This document shows, one piece after another, positions 37,229-44,921 of a DNA stretch of 50,557 bases; position 1 is the stretch's first letter, and each line of letters starts with the position of its first letter. The DNA comes from Candidatus Woesearchaeota archaeon (lineage in GTDB: Archaea; Nanobdellota; Nanobdellia; Woesearchaeales; GW2011-AR9), in contig JAGVYN010000012.1 of assembly GCA_018303265.1 (NCBI GenBank), positions 1 to 50,557 of the forward strand. Direction: 5' to 3'. Below the pieces are notes generated by a model. The model saw nothing but the letters and a program-made list of their open reading frames with translations, was not told the DNA's origin and made no database searches. Made by a program: the position numbers and the translations under genes.

Positions 37229-37879
37229 TTACAAGTTATTTTTGGGAAAAAGAATCATCTTATGATTTCGATACTTTTTGGTTTCCAATGATTCGAACGC
37301 TTCTTTTAATACCGGTTCGGCAACGGAAATGTTTCCTTGAAGGGGATCGATGAGCTGAAAGTGCCCTTGCCTTTCGGAATATTCATACACTACCAGGTAA
37401 TTTGAGGTGTTCCGTTTCTCGTTGCGGAGGGGTTTGGCGTTTAACCGCAGGAGAAGAATGTTTTTTTTAAGTTCATTATGTATGTCGCGGAAGGAAACGT
37501 CTTTTTCCTGAATATCTATATTTTTTTCCTGCGCTTCCGCTAAATACATATCGGAAGAGAAACCAGCATTATCGATGTCTTCCTTGGTATAGCGGTAAAA
37601 TCGGTAATCCGGAAAATCGTACTCTTTTTTCTCGACGATAACCTGCGGTTTGAGACCGCAGCGTTGCGCATAGAGAGCAAGAGCGTAAATGGAAGATCCT
37701 CTGGTTGGAAGTGTGGCCGTCTTTTTCCAAATGTCAAATTCGTTCTCTCTCGTTAAATTGATTTCTGGTTTGGAATGATGAAGAATAGCGAGCAATGACG
37801 AAGCTGCGGTCGTGAATGATGTTGTTTGCAAGTAAGGGATCATGTAATCACGCATGTATCTTTGTTTCAACTGGAACAA
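37229..37879 (-). CDS. peptidase C39-like (papain-fold) domain protein, catalytic Cys and His apparently substituted
   Basis: YLQTTSFTTAASSLLAILHH aligns by eye to the C39 motif Q-x5-C-G-A-A-x-L-A-M-I-L with Thr in place of Cys. NYLVVYEY...FQLIDP aligns to H-Y-x-V-V...DP with Asn in place of His. Alternative starts lie at 37855 and 37843. Confidence 0.45.
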   Translation of the reverse strand: MFQLKQRYMRDYMIPYLQTTSFTTAASSLLAILHHSKPEINLTRENEFDIWKKTATLPTRGSSIYALALYAQRCGLKPQVIVEKKEYDFPDYRFYRYTKEDIDNAGFSSDMYLAEAQEKNIDIQEKDVSFRDIHNELKKNILLLRLNAKPLRNEKRNTSNYLVVYEYSERQGHFQLIDPLQGNISVAEPVLKEAFESLETKKYRNHKMILFPKNNL

Positions 37880-38606
37880 GTTGTTGTGGTTTCATAATTG
37901 AAACACTCCGCTCTTTGTTGTTTATTACCGCAACTTCCCCTTGCGAGAGCGGTTTCCATCTCATTTTTTTCATCGCCGGAATTTTTTCTGAACTGATGAT
38001 GATGGCGTCTTTGCTTTTGCCGATGTGCATCGTGAAATAGAGGGGGTAGTTGTTCTCTCGCACGGCGACGATCGTTTGTTGAGGCGAGGCGAGAATGATA
38101 TTTGTTCCGGTGAGTTTGGTAAATTGCAGAAGAGTATTTCTCACGCTTTTTGCGGGATTTTTTGTATCCAGGTGAGTAAGAATGTTATAGAACAGCCGTT
38201 CTGAATCGGTCTCTCCTTTTGGCTTATATTTTCGGTCATAGTTAATTTTTTCGCTGATAAGCCCATTGTGGGAAAAGACAAATCTTCCTTCATGAAAAGG
38301 GTGGGTATTGCGCAGGGAAACACCACCGCTGTCCATCCCTCTGGCATGGATGAGTATGACGGAAGAAGTCACCTTGCGCAGAGAATTTATTTTTCGATCA
38401 TCATAGATTGCTTTCGTTGATTTGACAATTTTCCATGAACTTTTTTGCAAATAGGCAACTCCCCACCCATCCGAATGTTTCCAGCTGCCGAGCCCTTTCT
38501 TCTGATTAAGTTCATGGTGGGTTGTTTGGTCTTGCGCCATGAGTATCATGCTGTCAAGAAGAGTATTGGGATCAATATCCCCTAGAGCAATAAGCATTCG
38601 ACACAT
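37848..38606 (-). CDS. class II (Ntn) glutamine amidotransferase-like amidohydrolase, EgtC/YafJ type (paralog B)
   Basis: MCRMLIALG (start placed at 38606 so that Cys is residue 2), DGWGVAY, LIHARG...NTHPF, SHNGLI, ETDSERLF and IISSEKI. 34 of the first 53 residues are identical to paralog A by hand alignment. Confidence 0.75.
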   Translation of the reverse strand: MCRMLIALGDIDPNTLLDSMILMAQDQTTHHELNQKKGLGSWKHSDGWGVAYLQKSSWKIVKSTKAIYDDRKINSLRKVTSSVILIHARGMDSGGVSLRNTHPFHEGRFVFSHNGLISEKINYDRKYKPKGETDSERLFYNILTHLDTKNPAKSVRNTLLQFTKLTGTNIILASPQQTIVAVRENNYPLYFTMHIGKSKDAIIISSEKIPAMKKMRWKPLSQGEVAVINNKERSVSIMKPQQLVPVETKIHA

Positions 38607-38675
38607 TTGTAGTACCTTCAATTTTGCGCACTTTTCGCCTTGGAATATCTCTTGACTATTTTCTGTTGCGCCGGT

Positions 38676-40226
38676 TTAAGGTTTATAAGTAAATGGCTCT
38701 AACACAGCATGCAATGTTGCCGGTAAGATTTTTTCTCCTTTTTCCATGTTCGGCTGTTCCGTGTACGCAATCTTTCTCATGAGTTGGGCAGGCGTCGGCT
38801 CAGGTTGAATATTCTTAAAATAACCTTTTCCCTGGTACAACACGCCAGCTTTAGTTAGAACGGGATTGATAATTTCCTTTATATCTGTTTCGGTATGCCC
38901 GTATCTTTTAAGAACATCCACGGAAAGTTTTCCTAAGTATTCAAACAAGTCGGGAAACGATTTAATGGCGACAGGAGTTCCATTACGATATGGCCAAATG
39001 CATTTTTTATAAGAATGAGAATTATGAAGAGAACTTTCAGTCATGTTTCTCTCAACATATTGCGATGCTAATGGTTGAAGTGAATCTTTTTGCATTTCTT
39101 CAACTATTCCCTGGAGCATTGCCATCTGTGTCAAATTAAAAGCGGCCATTTCTTCCGCATTGCGCGGCATTTCATTCATTCGCAATTCAATGCCTATTCC
39201 TTTTGCATCCATGACATCTTTATATTTCAACTTGACGAACGGCCAACTATTTACTTCAGGAAAATCTTTTTCTTGACCAGCGACATCTTCCTCAGTGATA
39301 ACAATGTGCCCGTCGGCGGCGATGGTACCAAAATATTGAGCAATGGGAGAAGGAACACGAATTTTTATCAAAGCTTCATACATCTCTTGGTTAAACCATT
39401 GCGGGTTTTCGGTGTTTTCAATCATGGGTTCCAATGCTCGCCAACGGTTGGGTCGTCCTCGTTCAAAATCCTCTTGGGTAAATCCATACGTGGCAGGAGG
39501 ATTTAGATGTATTCTCGCGCTATCGTACATGGTTAGCTTTCCTTCGACTAATGGCGAGGAGGCGCTTACAGCAAACAGCAATGGTCCAAGTACGTACGCT
39601 GCATTATAATAAAGCTGCGTTGCGGAATGGGGAACTTTGATTGTCGTTTGGGTATTGGTAGCAAAACCAGCCCAGATATTGTTACGATAGGTTTGCGCGC
39701 TTCCATCAACAAAAGGGATTATTGCGTCTTGCGCTAAAGGAGAAAGCATCTCGCCGAAGGCATCAAATCGAGGACTCTTAAATAAGAATTTTGTTGCTTC
39801 TTCATTGTAAAGAGGATAACCTCCCATAAGAAGAGCAGTGGCGCCAAATTCCTGCGCGGCGTAGTGCAAAGGATTCAAGATATCTTTAATTCCACAGATA
39901 ACTTCGTCCAAAGAATCGTGTAGTCCAAATAATTTTTTTGGATTTGTTTTGACCTCGGCCTGGAAATTTACTTTCTCCCCGGTGATTACTCCTTTCCCTA
40001 GCACTTTTTCTAATTCTTCAAATATCGGAGCGGGGTTATTATGAGCATCAACTAATGTCGTTTCTATTTCTATACCTGCGTCTAAAATTTTTGGATCTTC
40101 ATGTTCTATTGGATAAATTTTTTGAAATCTATCGACAACAGATTGAATATATCGCTGGTTTATTTCGGAGGCAAACGCAAGTAGTTCAGAACGGTTCAGA
40201 ATCCTCCCTCGAATTTGTTCACCCAT
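38676..40226 (-). CDS. divergent glutamate-cysteine-ligase-superfamily carboxylate-amine ligase (ligase B)
   Basis: AGIEIETTLVD (E-x-E), NFQAEVKTNP and GIGIELRMNEMP follow the GCS/GS-like order. NTQTTIKVP sits where ligase A has HCH. 516 aa. Confidence 0.5.
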   Translation of the reverse strand: MGEQIRGRILNRSELLAFASEINQRYIQSVVDRFQKIYPIEHEDPKILDAGIEIETTLVDAHNNPAPIFEELEKVLGKGVITGEKVNFQAEVKTNPKKLFGLHDSLDEVICGIKDILNPLHYAAQEFGATALLMGGYPLYNEEATKFLFKSPRFDAFGEMLSPLAQDAIIPFVDGSAQTYRNNIWAGFATNTQTTIKVPHSATQLYYNAAYVLGPLLFAVSASSPLVEGKLTMYDSARIHLNPPATYGFTQEDFERGRPNRWRALEPMIENTENPQWFNQEMYEALIKIRVPSPIAQYFGTIAADGHIVITEEDVAGQEKDFPEVNSWPFVKLKYKDVMDAKGIGIELRMNEMPRNAEEMAAFNLTQMAMLQGIVEEMQKDSLQPLASQYVERNMTESSLHNSHSYKKCIWPYRNGTPVAIKSFPDLFEYLGKLSVDVLKRYGHTETDIKEIINPVLTKAGVLYQGKGYFKNIQPEPTPAQLMRKIAYTEQPNMEKGEKILPATLHAVLEPFTYKP

Positions 40227-40253
40227 CTTTTCTTATTTTGCCGATGAGGAGAA

Positions 40254-40262
40254 TTATTTAAA
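40254..40262 (-). promoter_or_regulatory. TATA-box candidate for ligase B operon
   Basis: TTTAAATAA (minus-strand sense) lies about 28 nt upstream of the ATG at 40226. Confidence 0.35.
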
Positions 40263-40526
40263 CCTTTCTTTTATATTAAAAAATTACCCTAAAATAGAAA
40301 AAGGTGCCATATTTTAATCTCTTTTAAAAAAAGAGCGTTATTTTTGTATGTGTTTTTATATGTGTTTAATATATTTTTATGAAAATTATGATTTTTCTGG
40401 TGATGGCTTGGAAAAATTAAATCTACAAAAAAAGTATGTGCTACGTATGAAAAACCAACAACTTTTTAAATAAACTCTTGTCTTAAGCACAAAATAAAGA
40501 ATAAATACGGTAATTCCTACATCAAA

Positions 40527-41231
40527 ATGTCTAAATCAACTACGAAAAAAGTAAGCAGGATCAAAACCAGGAAGAAAGTATGGTTTAAGATTTTTGCTCC
40601 ACAGGTTTTTGGGAACAAAGAAATTGGTGAAACATATCTTCCGGCAGCAGAAAATGCTCTGGGAAGATTGCTGAAGATTAGTTTGAAAGATATCACTGGC
40701 AATGTTAAAGACCAGAACGCGTATATTGGTTTTAAAATTGCAAAAGCGGAGGGTTCTGCTTTGCGAACTGAAGTGATAAGTTACCAGCTGACTCCTGCAT
40801 CCGTCAAAAGACTGGTTCGAAAAAATACGGCGCGCTTAGATGATTATTTTACATTTACAACAAAAGACAAAAAAAACGTTATCGTAAAAACCCTTCTTAT
40901 CACCTTAAACATAAGCAAGCGTTCCACAGAAGCCCGCTTGCGTAAAACATTGCAAGACTTACTTAGAGCAGAGATAAATACGGAAGATTTCACTACATTT
41001 TTAAGCAATGTTGTTACCAACAAAGTACAAGCTATTCTTAGAAAGAAACTTAATAAGATATATCCTCTTAAAGAATTGGCCATTCGTGTTGCTGTGCTAC
41101 AGCAGGGTACGGGAACGTCTAAAGAAGATGTTCTTGAAACGGCTCCTCAAGAAGAGCCTCGTGCAGAAGCAGTGCCCTTGGTTGAAGAAGCAAGCGTTGA
41201 AGAAACTGACGTTGAGGAAGCAGCACTTTAA
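40527..41231 (+). CDS. rps3ae: 30S ribosomal protein eS1 (S3Ae)
   Basis: KVWFKIFAPQVFGNKEIGETYLPAAENALGRLLKISLKDITGN. Acidic C-terminal tail. Confidence 0.9.
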   Translation: MSKSTTKKVSRIKTRKKVWFKIFAPQVFGNKEIGETYLPAAENALGRLLKISLKDITGNVKDQNAYIGFKIAKAEGSALRTEVISYQLTPASVKRLVRKNTARLDDYFTFTTKDKKNVIVKTLLITLNISKRSTEARLRKTLQDLLRAEINTEDFTTFLSNVVTNKVQAILRKKLNKIYPLKELAIRVAVLQQGTGTSKEDVLETAPQEEPRAEAVPLVEEASVEETDVEEAAL

Positions 41232-41250
41232 GCTTTTTTGTTCTATTTCC

Positions 41251-41850
41251 ATGAGATTTTTAACATTTACAGACTTGCACGAAGATAAAAGTACTCTGCA
41301 AGAGTTAGTCACGAGAGCAACAAAAGAAGATGTTGATTTTATTGTATGCTGCGGCGATATTTCTACATTGGGAAGAGGATTGCGAAACGTCCTCACCAAA
41401 TTTGCTGCCACGGGAAAACGATTTTATGTTATACCTGGGAATCATGAAGAAGCGGGAACGATGCTTGATGATGCCGTTGCCGATTTTCCCGGATGCATCA
41501 ATTTTCATACCAAGGCAATTAAAGTTGGTGATTATATTTTTCTGGGATATGGCGGCGGCGGGTTTTCTTTTGAAGATCCTGCCTTCCGTAAGATAGCGCG
41601 GGAGTGGTACGGCAAATACAAAGAAAAAAAGATCGTGCTGGTAACCCATCAGCCTCCATTCGGCACCAAACTTGATCTGCTGGGAGAGCGGCATGTAGGA
41701 AATAAAGATTTCCGAAAATTTATCGAAAGGGTTAAGCCTAAATTAGCGATTTCCGGCCATTTGCATGAAACAGTAGGAAGTGTTGATGCCATCGGCGAAA
41801 CAAAACTTGTAAATCCCGGCTGGGATGGAATGATTATTGAGTTGAACTGA
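41251..41850 (+). CDS. calcineurin-like metallophosphoesterase
   Basis: FTDLHED (DxH), CCGDIS (GD), PGNHEE (GNHE), VTHQPP and SGHLHE (GHxH). The ATG at 41251 is used because the upstream part of the track ORF overlaps eS1 out of frame. Confidence 0.8.
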   Translation: MRFLTFTDLHEDKSTLQELVTRATKEDVDFIVCCGDISTLGRGLRNVLTKFAATGKRFYVIPGNHEEAGTMLDDAVADFPGCINFHTKAIKVGDYIFLGYGGGGFSFEDPAFRKIAREWYGKYKEKKIVLVTHQPPFGTKLDLLGERHVGNKDFRKFIERVKPKLAISGHLHETVGSVDAIGETKLVNPGWDGMIIELN

Positions 41851-41920
41851 TTCGTCGTGCTGGTACTTTTAATTCCCATTTTTTTTCAATTTTAACACAT
41901 TTCAATTTTAACACCAATAC

Positions 41921-41929
41921 TTTTAAATA
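41921..41929 (+). promoter_or_regulatory. TATA-box candidate
   Basis: TTTTAAATA ends 24 nt before the ATG at 41953. Confidence 0.35.
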
Positions 41930-41952
41930 TAATTTTGATTTCCACAAAGAAC

Positions 41953-42750
41953 ATGAAACTTGCAACAAGACTCTTTTTTCTTTTCATGGTGCTTTTCATT
42001 GTGTCCTGTTCTTTTCCATCAGAAGAAAAAATAGAAACTAAACCTCAAGAGACTGTTCTTCCATCGTCAGAAATTGCGGAGAGTATTGCCGAGAGCAATG
42101 CGTCGGAAACCACTGAAATCCCGCTTCAAGAGACTCTGCCAGAACAGCAGCTGGATCCTGAAATAGAGGAACTTATTGCGAAAGGGCGAAATGCTGCAAA
42201 TTATAACTACTTTTTTTCCTCTCTTGTTCGAGATAATTATGGAATTTATACTGAAACATCGTATACTGTTTTTGTTAAAGAGGAAAAAACAAAAAAAGTA
42301 TATCTGAATCCTAAAAAATTACGGGGAGATATTTTTTATAATGAGATTTACTTGGATAATACGAAAAAGACAGCCATCGGTATTTGCACGAAAATAGGAA
42401 TTCTCTGTGAAAAGATTTTTGACAAAGCGTATGCTGTGGACTATCTTTCTGAGAAAATTGATGTGACTCCGGCGGAACTCCTTAAGGGTGTCGGTCTTAA
42501 TGCTGCGAAAGTTGGCGAAGAAGTTATTGACAATAGAAAAACCACCATCATTGAGTATACCAACGCAAAAGGACAGAAAGAAAGATTATCTCTCGACAAT
42601 CATTTTGGCTTGCCTCTGAAACAGATTATCTATGAAACTTCTGATGATCAGGAAATTATCTTGGAAACGAATAGATTTAGCAAATTTTCTGTGGGTAATG
42701 TTCTCACAAAAGAAGTCACCTTGCCCGAAAAATATCAAATTGTTGAGTAG
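41953..42750 (+). CDS. putative secreted lipoprotein
   Basis: MKLATRLFFLFMVLFIVSCSF is a signal peptide with a lipobox-like IVSC. An acidic linker follows. I prefer the ATG at 41953 to the TTG at 41935 because of the TATA spacing. Confidence 0.5.
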   Translation: MKLATRLFFLFMVLFIVSCSFPSEEKIETKPQETVLPSSEIAESIAESNASETTEIPLQETLPEQQLDPEIEELIAKGRNAANYNYFFSSLVRDNYGIYTETSYTVFVKEEKTKKVYLNPKKLRGDIFYNEIYLDNTKKTAIGICTKIGILCEKIFDKAYAVDYLSEKIDVTPAELLKGVGLNAAKVGEEVIDNRKTTIIEYTNAKGQKERLSLDNHFGLPLKQIIYETSDDQEIILETNRFSKFSVGNVLTKEVTLPEKYQIVE

Positions 42751-43084
42751 TTCTTGAATAAAAAAGTGGCCTATTTATTCTAAAATCCTTCCTAAAATTC
42801 CAGTTTTAGCTGACTGTTTTAACTGTGGGATACAGGCATAGCATTTTAAGGCTCATTAAGAAAAAGCTAACACTTTTTCTTCAACTCCGTTTCTCGTAGG
42901 GTTGCATAGTGAATTTGATGCGAGTATGAGCTCATATACCTTTTTCGCTAGAAAACGCATATTAGGGGTAAAATGGAGAGTGTGAGCTCTGAGATAAAAA
43001 GATTTTTCCATAGCATTGGTAGTGTTAGTGCAGAGATAGTAAGACACTACATAGATGTCTCAACCAGTTGGGAGAGAACAAAAC

Positions 43085-43111
43085 AAAAGAAGCTCCAATA
43101 GAGCTTCTTTT
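43085..43111. terminator. perfect 11-bp stem / 5-nt loop hairpin flanked by A/T runs (bidirectional terminator-like)
   Basis: AAAAGAAGCTC-CAATA-GAGCTTCTTTT lies immediately 3' of the minus-strand gene that ends at 43121. T-runs follow on both strands. Confidence 0.45.
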
Positions 43112-43120
43112 TCTAAAAAC

Positions 43121-44356
43121 TTATTCACCAAAATACATATTTCTTAATAATTTCAATGTATTATATTCATCAATTGATAATTTATCATCTTTAACCATCT
43201 TCCAACTTTTAGTTGCATATTTATTCATACAACTAAAAGCATTTGGAAGATTGAACTTGACCACAGATTGATTAAATCTTACCAATTCTTGGTTAAGTTC
43301 ATCTCTAATTCCTGTTTTACTTAAATCAACATTTCTTTCTTCAAGAGTTCTTCCCATTTGAACATATAATCTTGTAAGACCTTTTGTTTGTTGAAATAGT
43401 TGAGAGGGGTCAATAATCAAATCTCCTTGAATATTATGTTTAAGGAAGTATGCTCTTAATACTTTATTATGAACTCCATTAAACATTTCAGATTGATTTC
43501 CATCATCATTTTGCCATCTTAATTTCTTTTTATCAGAACCAACTAAAATACTATGAGTTACAATTCTTGTTGGTACGTCTTCTTGATTTAAGTAACACAA
43601 TGTGTAGTAGTTGAATTTTTTAACAACATCTCCACTTATTGAAGTTCTAATATCATATTCTCTATCCTTATTAATCAATGCGGGAAACATCATTGTAACA
43701 AATCTTGGGTCTAATTTAAAACCATAAATGCTCGTTGTAAATTCTCTATTCTTTTCTAATATTAAATCATATTCACTAGGAAGATTATCAATAAAATCTT
43801 CAAGTCTTTTCTTTGCACCAGATGGGAAAAATTCAATTCCTGCAATTTTTCTTTCAATATCTTCCCTATTAATATTTTTAAACATAGTTTCTCTTTGATG
43901 ATAGGTGGTATCTCTACCACAACTTCTACAAGATGAAATAGATGGGTCAGAACCAAATATATTGCCACAAGTAATACATTCATTAATATTTGTATTACCA
44001 ATATTAAATGTTTCTTGATATGATGTTCTCGCCAACTTTTCTAATTGTTCTTGAATTTGGTCATCTCTTAAACTACAATCAAAATCAAGATAATGTTGTT
44101 TCATCACTTCTTCTGCTCTTTTTATCTTTTCTGAAGTATATTGTGCAACATTTTCAGGATTTAATTCAAAACCATACTCTCTCATTTGTTTAACAAGTGG
44201 TTCTCCATTAATATTCCACAAAAATGGTGTATGAACATTAATTCCTGCAAATTTTCTTGCTTTTGAATAAAAATCTACAAGTGTAAGGTCATATACATTT
44301 CCCACACTCAAATTTCTTTTAATTTGAGTTGGAGCAATCAACACTAATTCTTTCAT
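43121..44356 (-). CDS. methionyl-tRNA-synthetase-like class I aaRS paralog lacking HIGH and KMSKS signatures
   Basis: Collinear with the MetRS catalytic core. PTQIKRNLSVGNVYDLTLVDFYSKARKFAGINV sits where PYANGxxHLGHxxxxxxADVxxRYxRxxGxxV would be. Zinc knuckle CITCGNIFGSDPSISSCRSCG. FVTMMFPALI sits where FHxxxWPAML would be. VTHSILVGSDKKKLRWQNDDGN sits where VHGxxxxxGxKMSKSxGN would be. LRAYFL sits where LRYYL would be. Confidence 0.5.
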   Translation of the reverse strand: MKELVLIAPTQIKRNLSVGNVYDLTLVDFYSKARKFAGINVHTPFLWNINGEPLVKQMREYGFELNPENVAQYTSEKIKRAEEVMKQHYLDFDCSLRDDQIQEQLEKLARTSYQETFNIGNTNINECITCGNIFGSDPSISSCRSCGRDTTYHQRETMFKNINREDIERKIAGIEFFPSGAKKRLEDFIDNLPSEYDLILEKNREFTTSIYGFKLDPRFVTMMFPALINKDREYDIRTSISGDVVKKFNYYTLCYLNQEDVPTRIVTHSILVGSDKKKLRWQNDDGNQSEMFNGVHNKVLRAYFLKHNIQGDLIIDPSQLFQQTKGLTRLYVQMGRTLEERNVDLSKTGIRDELNQELVRFNQSVVKFNLPNAFSCMNKYATKSWKMVKDDKLSIDEYNTLKLLRNMYFGE

Positions 44357-44360
44357 TTAT

Positions 44361-44609
44361 CTATTCTTCATAATTTATATAATCTAAAAATATCTTTTTA
44401 TCAAGATATGTCAAAAACTCATAAGCAACTTCAACATCTTCTAATGTAATATTTTCAGTTCTTTCCACTTTTATATGTAAAAAAATTTTAGGATTAATTG
44501 GTGGTTCAAATACATCATAAAATGTTTGCAATGCTGCCCTTTTATCTTTTGGATAAATTCCTCTTGATGCAAGTGCATATAAAGAACCATAGATACACCA
44601 TTTCATCAT
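44361..44609 (-). CDS. hypothetical protein (82 aa), co-oriented with and 4 nt upstream of the MetRS-like gene
   Basis: It shares the very AT-rich composition of its neighbour. No motif recognised. Confidence 0.4.
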   Translation of the reverse strand: MMKWCIYGSLYALASRGIYPKDKRAALQTFYDVFEPPINPKIFLHIKVERTENITLEDVEVAYEFLTYLDKKIFLDYINYEE

Positions 44610-44921
44610 AAGTATTTTATTTTCCTTATCATTAATATACTGCTAAAGTTTTAGGATTTACAATATTCTTGAAGAAATGGAGAAGAGATGTTAGATAGAA
44701 TCAATAAATATTTGGAGCGTTTGTTAAAAGTAACTTTTGTTACGACTGCCGAAGCTTCTCAATTGTCTGCTACCACCGTGGAAGAATGGAGCGCTTTGGG
44801 GGACTACCTGGATTTGACTCCTGAAGGAACCAAAAAATTATGAATCTGCGCAAACAAAATTTATTTAACGGGGTGAAAAATAAAGCCATAAAAAAGGAAT
44901 ACGAACGGTCGAGGCCGGAAT

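Noticed and set aside
35294-39609. Plus-strand ORFs within the ligase/Ntn cluster (34994..35191, 35294..35512, 36317..36766, 37816..38040, 39090..39609). Alternative-frame minus-strand ORFs there too (36304..36492, 36556..36801, 37540..37737, 38141..38347).
   Set aside because: They overlap the motif-bearing frames. I considered them as possible precursor peptides, but none has a start context, and all lie wholly inside larger coding frames.
41008-41250. Upstream extension of the phosphoesterase ORF, and the similar extensions 46058..46102 (ACP), 49531..49587 (methyltransferase) and 10971..11195.
   Set aside because: Each extension overlaps the 3' end of the preceding well-supported gene in another frame. 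In each case the family-typical N-terminus starts at an internal ATG.
42856-43047. 63-aa minus-strand track ORF between the lipoprotein gene and the MetRS-like gene.
   Set aside because: No motif and no start context. It lies downstream of the hairpin that appears to terminate the MetRS-like gene, and it conflicts with the plus-strand SD-preceded small ORF. Neither ORF is secure.
42751-44672. Possible direct repeats flanking the AT-rich island (TTCTTGAA near 42753 and near 44666; AGGATTT/AAATCCT near 42790 and 44654).
   Set aside because: These are only 7-8 bp in AT-rich sequence, so chance matches are expected. They are not enough to call att sites or target-site duplications.
44689-44844. 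A 51-codon ORF (MLDRINKYLERLLKVTFVTTAEASQLSATTVEEWSALGDYLDLTPEGTKKL) in the gap before the glycan cluster.
   Set aside because: No recognisable motif, no clear ribosome-binding site or TATA spacing, and it is below the track threshold. It cannot be supported from sequence alone.
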